Positions 52,701 through 64,000 of a stretch of 64,000 nucleotides of DNA are shown one piece after another. A model generated the notes under the pieces. It saw only the letters and a list, made by a program, of their open reading frames with translations, had not been told where the DNA came from and did no database searches. Made by a program: the position numbers and the translations under genes. How positions within the stretch are numbered: the first letter of the stretch is position 1; every line of letters starts with the position of its first letter. This stretch comes from Tubulanus polymorphus (Eukaryota > Animalia > Nemertea), in contig NC_134035.1 in NCBI RefSeq assembly GCF_964204645.1, positions 9,890,451 to 9,954,450 on the forward strand, written 5' to 3'.

Positions 52701-55700
52701 ATAAAAACCATCGCGACCACGATACTCAGTCAATGAACTCAGTGAATTCATGATGCCGACCAACCACTCATCCAGCACACCAACAGTAGTTTTTACGCAG
52801 ATTTTGGGGGTAAAAATCATCGAATTTAAGCAGACATCTAAACGCGACGAAATTCGCTTTTCTCTTGCACCTGAACAAATACGACATATTGTCGTATATA
52901 CATTTGTATGATATCGATTCAGCGTTTTGGAGACTACTATAGTAGTACATGAGTACATATGTAAACGATATATCAGTCCACATTTTCATCGACATTTCAT
53001 CAATACAAATATTTGACAATGTATTTTCCGATATTGTCTCGTTCACCGATACTTGCTTACCGCCTTCTACACCGCAGTACCGCCACTGAATTCATTTTCA
53101 CGATATAATTAGTATTCGCTTTCTTTAAAAACGATTTCAAATGTTATACGTAACGTAACGTTTTTACCCAGTCCCTATATACGATGATTTGGCAATATTC
53201 GAACTTTCAAATTTATGATGTCGATTAAGTATCGAATTTGTCAATTGTAAACTGTATATTTATTCAATAGTATTCGTCAGGCATATGCCTCGATTTTCAC
53301 GCCAAATCATCGCCGATGCTCCGGGCGGATGTCGGGTTGTAATGTATACATATACTTCATTTATAATACATTTAATATGTTTTGCCTCGATTGAATTTTT
53401 AGGGGGCACTCCCCGAGTTGAATTATCTCCTAGTATGAATAGAGTTTACACTAAGGGATAATTCATTTTCTAGTTATGAGTGCCTACAGGTTATTTCTAT
53501 CTTAAGAAAATAGAAAAAAATGAAAATATTGGTACAAACAAAATATTTTTCAAACAGAAACGAGAAAACTAACTAGAAAGATTGTCGCCTTGAAAAATAA
53601 TATATAAATATTGTTTAATTATTGTCGCGATAGTTTAGATTATATACTATTAAGGATCAATAAACTTATTTCGGATTTGAATAAATCAATAATTGAATTG
53701 ACCGGAAATCATGACGTAGTGCACCTCAACCTCTCAATCCTCTCAAATATAATCATCAAGATTTATCAAAAATAAAATAAGAGTTATGAAATATATTCAA
53801 TTACAAGATAAGCGCCTAATTCACAGTTTTAGTTGTTATTTTGAAACGCCAAAATTGATGACGTAGTGCGCATCGACTATCACAGAACCCCTTAAATAAC
53901 GCATACTAGCTATCAATATATGTATATACCAACATTATTGTAACGGTTTTTACGGAGTCAAGAAAACTTCGTATCAAAATTTATCGGTGATGTAACGCTG
54001 GATCTTCAATTCTTTTTTAAAAATATAAAACTTTGTTACATTTCCTTAGGGTCTGTGAAGACTTTCGCTTTCGTTTGCGACCATATTTTCTAATGCGTCG
54101 TATATTACGTAAGTGCACAGTGTTTAAGATAACGCAGGTGCCAGCGACAGCGCTCAGGTCGTTGTTGTTGATGTAATCCGGTAAAACGCGAGAGTGCACA
54201 CATCTTACTTTCCTTGTCTACGAATGAATGTTGGGCAAACATTTCGCCCACAGTAACGCTATCGTTGATGTGTGTTTTTTTCTGTTGCTGCAGCGATGAG
54301 TCAGAGTTACATGTGTTATCCGCTGTTTTGTGTTTTCATTTGACGACTCAATATACCCCATGGCGGTATTTGGCTCGTGACGGAGCTCAGGAACACAATT
54401 TACCGCCGTATTTTATTTGTGTGTTAATTTCGTTCATAATTGTGTTTACCCCACACAGATATCTTTGATTCAATTGCAAAACCATATCCGATTTTTCTGT
54501 TATATATAGAATTTTTTCGAATGATTTTAAGAAACGGTCGTGGGTATTGCTTATTCAATTCACTTTAATTCAATCCAATATTCACTTCACGGAAAAGGAG
54601 TTTAATAAAATCAGGAGAAGAATAAACAACGAAAGAAAAGCCATTTTACGTTGTTAACGCAGTACCAAAATGAAAGAGAGATAATTCAAAAAAATATCCC
54701 AGAAGTATTCATCGTATTGAAAAATGAAAAATATGAAGATGATGTTATCATTGCCTATTTCGTTCTCGGCAGGTGTGGTAGGTTTGTGAGGGACACCATA
54801 ACAAAAAGACAATCAAACGCAATCTACCAATCAAATAAGAACAGGGTCAATCCCTATTTTAGAATTTAAAAAAAAGATCGTTCGAACTATTGTTCGAGTG
54901 TAGATTTTGGCTTTCGCTCCATACAGAATCGAGAACAGATCAAAGAACGGTGCTCGTTTCATCAAACAGATCACGTTATCAGCGAATGGTCATTAAAGCC
55001 TCCCCTATTTCGAGAACAGATGCGTAACATGAAGAGCGACGCATTAAACGATAATTCCATAGTCAATATACCATATAGTAGGGAGAGGGTATCAGCGATA
55101 TCAAAGTAGCATTTCTATCGACATTTCAAAGTCGTTCTCGAAGTATCACCCGAACACCGGTAGTAAAATCGAAACCCCTGTTTCGCTCCCGTCAGATGTG
55201 GTGGTGGTTTTGAAAGGGACACCAAATAAAGACAAATCAAACGAAATCTACCAATCGAATAAATAACAGGGACAATCCCTATGTTCAGATCAAAAATAGT
55301 GAAAATCAAACAATTCGTCGTTATAACCCACAACTGTTGTAACAACTACTGTTCAATTGATAAGATTTTGAAAATGGCTCATAGATTTGTGTCGAACATC
55401 AGATTCTCTCCTAGTTTTTCCTATCTTACTGCGGGTTTATAGTTTCACTTTATAGTTGTTATATTGTTTACTTCACGTTTTAATCAAGCCAAGCAATCGA
55501 AACTTTATGCCGTTCAGTCGCTGATAAAACTAGCACGAGCATGATAATAATTTTTATCAATTTTCATCCGTAGCAATTATTGGATCAAATCATTAATTCG
55601 ATGAAATATGGATTGTTCAAATATTGTTACAGCCGCGGTTACGATATAAATGCATTCTTATCAATGACAACGTTTGCTTGAATTACAAATTACAAATATC

Positions 55701-55948
55701 CCTGTTTTTTTTCAAAACGTATTATTAGCACGTACTATACCGCACAGACGAGATATAAAACGATACATAAAGTTTTAAAACGTACCTAAAAGTTGTAGGC
55801 AATCCCCCGGGCAGAATAGATCATCAAAACGTTTGACGAACACGCCGAAACTTTGCAGGAACCCGGCGACTGGGATGTTGATCAGAGTCGTACAGAACAC
55901 GACCACCCAGCCGATGATGGCGTCCGTGTTCAGGTCGCTAAACAGCAT
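43743..55948 (-). CDS. MFS transporter, monocarboxylate transporter (SLC16/MCT)-like, 7 coding exons
   Basis: Exon 1 55786-55948 DAIIGWVVVFCTTLINIPVAGFLQSFGVF (MCT TM1 motif); ~9.4-kb intron; YCVLYGIGSSF..YFP; DWRDTYRI; GMMYDQLKSYRPTF; consistent splice phases. Confidence 0.88.
50856..50918. mobile_element. 63-bp mini-element with CATGGACGTAWAAACTAGA TIRs (same termini as 33834-33854)
   Basis: catggacgtataaactaga..tctagtttttacgtccatg; flanks ataatat/attgtat (degenerate TSD). Confidence 0.65.
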
Positions 55949-57276
55949 ATTTACACCTGTCTGTTCTTCGCCGATTTCTTTTAATTCTCGTTCTTCTCTA
56001 TTAAGATCGGTCGACTTGCCGATTATCCATGATGGGTATTATGATTGTTGTTGTCATTGCAAACAGTTCCAGCGCTGCCCGCTATCACCAGGTCGCTCAC
56101 AGTCAACTGTTTTTATGCGTTGAATGTAACGCGGCGGCCAACAACGTGTTCACTTAATAAGAATAGATGTTACTAATCGTAACGATTTACCATAAATCTG
56201 CCGCACGTTCGCACATTGTGCACCAACTGCGCTTGGTTTTTGAAAGGTCGACATCGCCGTCGCCGTCGCGAATACGTGACGTCATATTGGCCGTCAGTTT
56301 TATAGAATATTTCGAATCTATAATATTTCTTCGACAGCGTAACACCCGCCAGTTATAACAGCTTCCTTTTTACGATACGTATACGAAATACCGCTTCATT
56401 CGTTTTACTGGTTTTTTTTTTCGAATTCGCCAAATAAAGATATAGTTAATTCGCTGTTAATAAAAACCGGCTATATACACGCCTTAATACGAAATCGAAG
56501 TTAAATCCAAATGTTCGTGTAATGTATATGTATAAAACAGAGCGAACATCCATTAAACCAGCTGTTTCTCGGCGCGTAGTTCAGGGCAATCATGCGCGTT
56601 TTCAATATTTTGGTCGATACTCGGGCGACTTTTACGACTAAGAGACGACCGGAGGTTTCTGTCGCGTCGTATCAGCGCAGACCTTTTACGTGGTGTCACG
56701 CTTGGGTTTGCAGGTGGCCGTTATTCATTTCCTGCGGTTTTCTATCGATTCGCGCGGCGGCGCTTTTAATCATTGTTATATATATTCACGAAAATACGCA
56801 CCACTTTATCATCATCTTCCTCATCATCATCACGGCGGATCTATACGAGAATATAGTCGTTGTTTTTCTATACCCCGCAGCCGGTGACGACTGTGCCGTG
56901 AACTCGACGACGCGAAACGACAACGTTTTATTTTGCCAACTGTTAATTCGTTCAAAGCATCGACCGCGCGATTTGAAGATGACGATGATTATTGACATCA
57001 GGATTTGGCAACGGGTTCAACATAACCACGAGGGCGGGCGGGGTCTCGTTGAACTTCGTAAACAATAATAATCTACAAATGGTCTTGCATCGGTGATACG
57101 ATGGCGTTTGATTAGAGAAACAGAATTAAAGAAAAAAAATTGGGTGGAGCCGGGTGAAAAGTGTAGCATTTCACCGATACTTCAATCATTTTTCTGCGAA
57201 ATATTTTTGTTGAATATTGAATCAACCACACGCTGGCGAAGTTATGACTGATTATATCGTCATTATCCTCACCGTA

Positions 57277-57537
57277 TAGAGAATGCCGCACTAATAAGAC
57301 GAGGAAATCCGATAAGTTTCGTTTAAGCTAATATTGACCCGACGTTTCGACTATAATTAATAGTCATCTTCAGGAAAAACAATAACCCAATATAATAGCC
57401 GTCTTTATTCCTGGAGATGACTTTTTATTAGGTTATAGTCGAAACGCCGAATCAATATTAGCTTAAAGGGAACTTTTCGGACTTAATCTTTCTCGTATTA
57501 TTACAGTGGGATTCTCGTCACAACAAGGACATAACGC
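57277..57537. mobile_element. Palindromic PLE-derived element with two hammerhead motifs
   Basis: Minus strand ~57338-57377 CUGAAGA-U-GACUAU..AUAGUC-GAAA-CG-UC (GUC triplet, weak stem I); plus strand ~57405-57453 mutated (CUGGAGA, GCC). Confidence 0.7.
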
Positions 57538-58780
57538 GTCGTCATCAACGGTCATCATCTTTATCGTTTTTACATAATTTCTATCAGACATTTTTCACCG
57601 AAAACTCGTTAATCTCTTTGTGTTTCCTCGAAATGAACCCACGAGTTTCTTTTATCGTAGTCGTTCGTCGGTAACAATCATATATTCATAAGTTATTTCC
57701 GAGATTTTCCTATTTTGCGTGTATGCAGAAAAAGTGATAGTTAAGTGCTGATGAATATTGATGTTATTGTTATGTCCTTTGACTTGCTTATGACGATGTG
57801 AAACCGGATCTCGCACTGATCATCGACGTATTGTATCAGCGCGAACCAAATTACAAACTTGAAGCCATGCCGTGTCGAATCTTACGCCATCTCTCGTTGG
57901 TGAGTTTACTCATAACCGATGCAATAACACAATGTATTTCTCTCCAAGGGACGTAAGACGCGACGGCTTGTCATAAACTCAGAAAAAATCAGAACACTCC
58001 TTTTTATCCTTTGCGGATGAGCACGATTGTTTCCAAAACATTCTACTCGGAATAATCATTTCTTTTTCAAAAAATTATATAATCATTGGCCCTGCTAATC
58101 TTATGCTTGAACTATGCCTCAAGGGCAGCCGCGGTCATTAACAAGACCTCACCACCGAAGCAAGAAAGTCATGTTTACGTTAAACCCCTCTTTATCCCCC
58201 GTGAAAGCCGTAGCCATAGTCGGAAAGCTAACACAATCAGACACCTAATTTAGTACGCCGTCTTATGTTCGATCTTGTCCTGCTGTATTACTGGTTTATT
58301 TTGGCGATCCCGTACGTATATGTGCGTTCGGCAAACAAAACGCCGTGTCATCGACGTTTTGAATGGAGCGTTTTTATTACATTCAACTACAGGTTTTAGG
58401 TGAACTCGATCAATTATATGATCAGTAGGGCAAACTGGTGGTGAGATCATGGGAATTCGTCTTCGTCGTCAACGCCTTGTAGAAAATGTCGTTATCGGGG
58501 ATAGTCAGACGGATATATAGATAGGAAGTGAACGGTAAGTTGTGTAATCGGGTTATTCTTTCAACTAAAGATTCACCGATCGTTATATGTCGTGAAATGT
58601 TTGATAGCGTTCCAAAAAACCGTACAAGAACTCTGGAATTTACGCGAATGTGTGAAGACTTAACAGTGATTTTCAATAAAGGCCTTCCTTCATCATCCGA
58701 GGCGGACATTTTCATACTCGCTCATTCAGACTATAGATACAGACATTTTGATAATCGATTAGCATATCATTTCAGGCAAA

Positions 58781-61700
58781 ATGGGCAACAACCTCGGACC
58801 AGGAGAGCACAGTCCCGAGTTTGAATTCTCCAGCAGGACGCGGGCTCCTCCGGCCCCGCCCGCTCCACCCGCCTACAAGATTCCCAGCAATCTCGTTTTG
58901 CCGAGCGAGATACCGACGAAACCGCTGAAACGCGTGCAAAAACCGAGGACGATCAGCGAGGCGGACGGCTGGATGACCGACGAAGAGCTACAAAACGTGT
59001 ACGATGGCAAGAATATAGATGCCTACAGGGACGTATACTTCCAGAAGGTTTATCAGACCTACCGGCAAAATGGCGGTGAACCGCAAGCTGACGTTAAGTT
59101 CGCCGCCGATTCGACGGGTATTTCGAGAAACGCGAATGGCGCGATAAGAGCGAGGGGTGAAGCGAATGTCGCTGGCAGAAAGAAATATCGGGCACCCCCT
59201 CCACCTAGCGGTAAAAGCCCCGCTCCCAAGCGACCACCCCCTCCGCGGGCTAATAGTCGAACGTATGAAAATCCGACGCTACTGAAAGAAAACGTCGCTA
59301 CTTCGTCGAATTTGAAAAATGTTGAACGGTTAAAAGACTACGGATACGAAACACCGAATAGAGATTACTTTCGACCAGAGACTGCGCATAATCGATCTGA
59401 TATACGGCAGAATGTCCAACCTGTACCGAGGCCTCCGCCTTTGGATGGGCCTACAGCGGCGCAATTACAAAATCATAACGTTTTTCAATCACCGCAAAGC
59501 TTTACCGTCAACAACGAAAGCCCGAAAATAAATTCGACGACGAATAAATCGCGCGATTCGCGAAAATTAAGCGCGGATTTACAATCGGAGATACTCGAAG
59601 CGGTGAAGACACGAAGCAGACGACCATCGGTTGTAGTCGCTCCGAAACCGAAGGTATCCACCGATCCGCACGATCTGTTCCGTGAGGAGCTGGCGCAGGC
59701 CTGCCGCGGAAAAGATAAACGCAAAAGCAGCGACCAAATCGACGACCACGTTAAATTGTTCAAAAACAAAACATTGATCGAAAAACTCGAGACGGTGAAG
59801 CAACAACTCGCCGAAATAAAAGGGAAACGCGCCGAAAAATCGTCCGAAAAAACGCCAGGAGATATTCACGATGCCAATAACGTAGAAATGAACGGAAAGC
59901 ATGAACAACGAAAGCAGAATCTGATTTCGGAAACGCCAAAAGATGCGGAGGTGACATCATCCAAAACCAGCAGCGCAGACAACGGGGAATTAGGCACGGT
60001 TATCAATTTGATAGACATTGCGAAACCAGCCGCGAAGCCAACAGTAACCGATCATCGAGATGAACCAGACAACGACTGGACACCGGATGACGTACTTCAG
60101 AAACTCGATGATGATATATCGTACGGCGAAGAAAGGGCGGATTATGAAAGATACAGTCAACCGCATACACCACGCTCCAATTCCGTCGAAGAAGTAAGTA
60201 CAAAACTAAATGTACTAATAGCGTATTAGTAAACATTATAAGAATACAATGGCGAAGACCAGTCGAGCAAAGTTTTGTTTGTTTCTGCCCAAATGAATCT
60301 TTAAGGGTAGAACTGTCTTTATGATTTATTTGTCAGGTAATAGTTGTCCAGTTAAGTAAACTAATGCTAATGTTAATGTGTCGTTTTGTTGTCAGGTAAT
60401 GTACACTCCCGGTGTTAAGATAAAGACCGCAGAGGCTAGTTTCGGCAGTTTACGTCATTGTCGCAGTAAAAGCCAAGAAAGCATGGTTTCGGAGGGCGGC
60501 GCTTCGACGACCAGCAAACGGAAATCCAGCGTCTCGAAAGCCGCTTCGAGTCTCCGCGCGTTGAAACGGTCGGTGAAGAACGCGTTCAACTCCCTCGGTA
60601 AAGGAACTCTCGGCTCGAAAGAGAGGAGATCGGTACGCGGGGTTTTTAGCAGCGGCGACGGTAGCGACAGCGAGAGCCGGAGTCGAAGAGTCCAGTTCGC
60701 GACGCCTCACGACCATCGCTATCACCCGCATTCAGACGTGGACAACTACTACTACAACCACAGAGCAATTCCCGCTCATGTACCGGGCGTCATGATCGAC
60801 AAGATATACAAATCCATACCGGTTCATTTGGCCAACGAAGGTCAAGTGATTTACGGGCAACCTCCGCGACCGGTTATGTACCCGATGACCTCGGATTATC
60901 CGTACGAATATTTCCTACCGCCCGCTGCGGCTGTACAGTACGGGCACAGACCGTACGTGAACGCGAATCGACAGTTCATAATGCCCGCTGAAGACGGTGG
61001 CAGGTCCGACCGTCATAGGAGGCGCCACCGACGAAAACCCGACGATCAAGAAATTTATCACCGTAAGATGAAAAGTCGCAGCGATCCGAATTACGTGCAC
61101 AACTGGAACTCACTGAAACACGATATACAATACGATAGAGGATTTCCTTCTAGTAGAATTTCATCGTTCTCGTCCGGTTCCGAAGAGTACGAGGAATACT
61201 TGACCGACCGCGCAGGCGCCGAGTGGGTCGACGATTCGGAACCGGATTATTTGAGGGCGACCGACACTAGACGACAGCAAAACACACCCGTCTCAAGCCG
61301 CCGCGCTAAACACCAGCAACACTCCGCTCCCGATGGCCATTACATACGAAATCAAAGAAGAAAGTACAGACAACGAACTATAAGCGCGGATGAGAATAAG
61401 AATTTGCCGCGAACTCCAAACCTGTCTCGATCGGTACCCGAAACCCTGCATATTGAGCCAGAATTGGCCGTACCGCAAAAAGAGCCGCGGTCAGCCGACC
61501 CGGTTACTGGTAACAACAGATCCACCGTGTTTGCCTATTCGAACTCGTTAATGAGAGCAATGGCGAACAACGATAAACCCGTGTTACAGGTTCTACCGAC
61601 GAATCTAACCATCGAATCGACGAACAACGTCAACATCGAACCGGCATTGGCGCCTGCGAGGGATGCGAACACTTTCAGGGAATATCTATCTAACGGCCAA

Positions 61701-61838
61701 GTGTTGCCTCCCGCCGACTACGCAGCCGCAAATACAAGACAGATCGCCGCTGGTAATGGTAACCTGTACAGTAAGAACTATCGCCCGATAAGATACAGTC
61801 CACCAATATCACAACATAACATCAAACAAGAACCATGG
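58781..61838 (+). CDS. Large Pro-rich low-complexity protein of unknown family (exons 58781-60193 and 60396-61838; probably continues 3')
   Basis: 482-aa and 487-aa ORFs joined in phase by GAA|gtaagt..cag|GTA; second exon ends at CCATG|gtaagt; acceptor just upstream of ATG; MGNN N-terminus. Confidence 0.8.
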
Positions 61839-63505
61839 TAAGTATACTCAGTCATATGATTGATAACATACTTGAAAGCATCGGAAGGGTAGACCTGCAA
61901 ATTGGCAAGGGCACTTTATTTGAAAAGGGCAGACTTGGCAATGCGAGGGCTGTGAGAGGGACATTGGTGAAGGTTTTGGTGGATCTCCCTCAGATATTTA
62001 AGGACAAATAAGGACCTAAGGGCCTGTTTGGATTCACTTTTCGTTTTTTTTCAAAATCTAATTTCTAAATTCCAGACTTTTTAAAAGACACATTCGAATA
62101 GTGAGGGGAGTGGAGCAGTCCACCCAGTCCACTCCCCTAATTCCGCCGACTGGAATATGTTTTACAATGATTCTTATCTATTTTTTCTGCTAGGAATGAA
62201 GATCTCGTGGCATTGTAGAACAAAAAGACTGACTTGAGAACATTTTTGTGGGTAAGCGAAACCGCTGTTAGCGGTTTTATACCGAACAGCATTTCAAAAA
62301 ACTTGAATACTGTATTCAATGCGATAATATGGTTGGCCCATTTTTTTTCTTTTTTATTACACGTTCATTCCCTGAAGCTATGATCAGCGGTTTCCACTTA
62401 AATCGAGTGAGATTAAACATAATGAGATCTGGAAGGCGATCCTTTACTGTGGTTTCATTCACTTATATATTCATTCATCGTGTAAAAATACACGCATACT
62501 TATGAACATAATCAGCGCCATTCGCCATACAAGTCTCTGATAATAAGGTGACGAGGTATAGACAACATGATTTGGACATCGATGAAAGAAATTAGTTCTA
62601 AAAAAGCCCTCGATATGAAACCATTCATGTTCACAATCGAGAACACGCCACTAACTAGAAAGTTCAAATTAACGATTCTCCGAATTGGCTGGCAATCTTT
62701 CAGATTTATACTCATTAGCCGTTTTATTCTTCGCTCTAAATTCCGTACGTACGATTTATTTGAACAAGGAACTCGAGAAAACACGTATCGTTATTGTCGA
62801 AGAAAGGCGTTTTTTTCGGTACGCTCCACCTTTGATGGGATTGACCTATAACCCAGTGATTAAACTTCAAAGAATCGAAACACAATTTTCTTTTATCAAA
62901 TTATGATTTACGTTTACTTTGAGTTTGTCTCTTTGCGTCTATATTTAAGTACGTACACGGAGGCTTTCATGTAAGATTCTATTCTTTTATAATTTCAGCA
63001 TTTTTCAAGCGAAGCAATAAACTGCGGAGGACTGTGAGGGGCGTACTAACACATCACCGCGCGTTATAGCTAGAATACGGATTCGGAAGAGAATATTTCA
63101 TTTTCCGAAATAAATCCATCATTTTCATTTTCATGTGGATGCCGGGAAATTCCGATTGGCCGAAAAATGAATAAACTTCGCAGAAATGTGGAGATCATTT
63201 TTACTGGAAGAAATCGATTTTTCTTTCGCTTTCGAACAAAACAAGTCGGATATTAGTGAAAAGCAAATAGTTGGGACGGGACTTCCACCACTGTTTCATG
63301 AAGAAGAATGTTTGAGCTTGAAAAAGTTATGTAGATATAAACTATGAAGTTTTTACGTTTGACTTTTTATTAATTTTCGAAAATTCTTTTGGGAAATAGA
63401 CCGCTTCTATTTCCTATCTGGAATAAACATATAGGAAGCGTGACATGGAATGCGTTTATTTGGGTTGATTTCTAGTAGAAACCCCTTTATGTAACAATAT
63501 CGTCG

Positions 63506-63693
<188 letters not shown>

Positions 63694-64000
63694 CATTATA
63701 TGGGTATATTATGTATGTATCATGTATCATTATTGTTAATAAAAAATGGACCATCGAGAGGTTCGTCGTGTCTTATCTTGAAAATACAGAATCATATAAT
63801 CATAAAAATGCAAGAGGAGTGTTCGCTTTAGTCATAAAAGACCCCCGCGCGTCTTAAATTGGTGCCACAAGTTAGGATGTTAGATTAGTGTCCATATGCA
63901 AAACAAAACATGTGGTCTTGGCCGCGGAGGATACGAGCGTCCTACAGATGTGAACAAGATCGGATGTCGTTTGATTTTTTAATTTCATCATGTTTAATAT

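Noticed and set aside
56592-57068. 158-aa plus-strand ORF
   Set aside because: No recognisable motif; more likely 5' UTR/promoter sequence between the MCT-like gene and the 58781 gene

Overview
AT-rich, intron-containing animal genomic DNA, probably a lophotrochozoan-type invertebrate (the taxon is an inference). Reading GT-AG exons by eye gives about ten genes: an acidic single-pass membrane protein (-), a frameshifted single-exon class A GPCR with a decayed partial duplicate (+), a divergent PACSIN/syndapin-like F-BAR+SH3 gene (-), a secreted C-type lectin+PAN protein (+), a class I Rab11-FIP (-) head-to-head with cysteine string protein DNAJC5 (+), a type II membrane SAM-dependent methyltransferase (-), a secreted basic precursor ending in an 8-Cys peptide (+), an SLC16/MCT-like MFS transporter (-) and a large Pro-rich low-complexity protein (+). 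Non-coding DNA is dense in MITEs, SINE/LINE fragments and (TA)n tracts. Highlights: (1) several palindromic elements carrying minimal type I hammerhead ribozyme motifs of the Penelope-like-element kind, one with an intact core (34021-34066); (2) 20-31 bp CA..TG/CT..AG palindromes flanked by exact 7-bp direct repeats, resembling P-element excision footprints; (3) a candidate toxin/antimicrobial peptide precursor; (4) a candidate Golgi-lumenal methyltransferase. Exon boundaries were read manually and no database searches were run.
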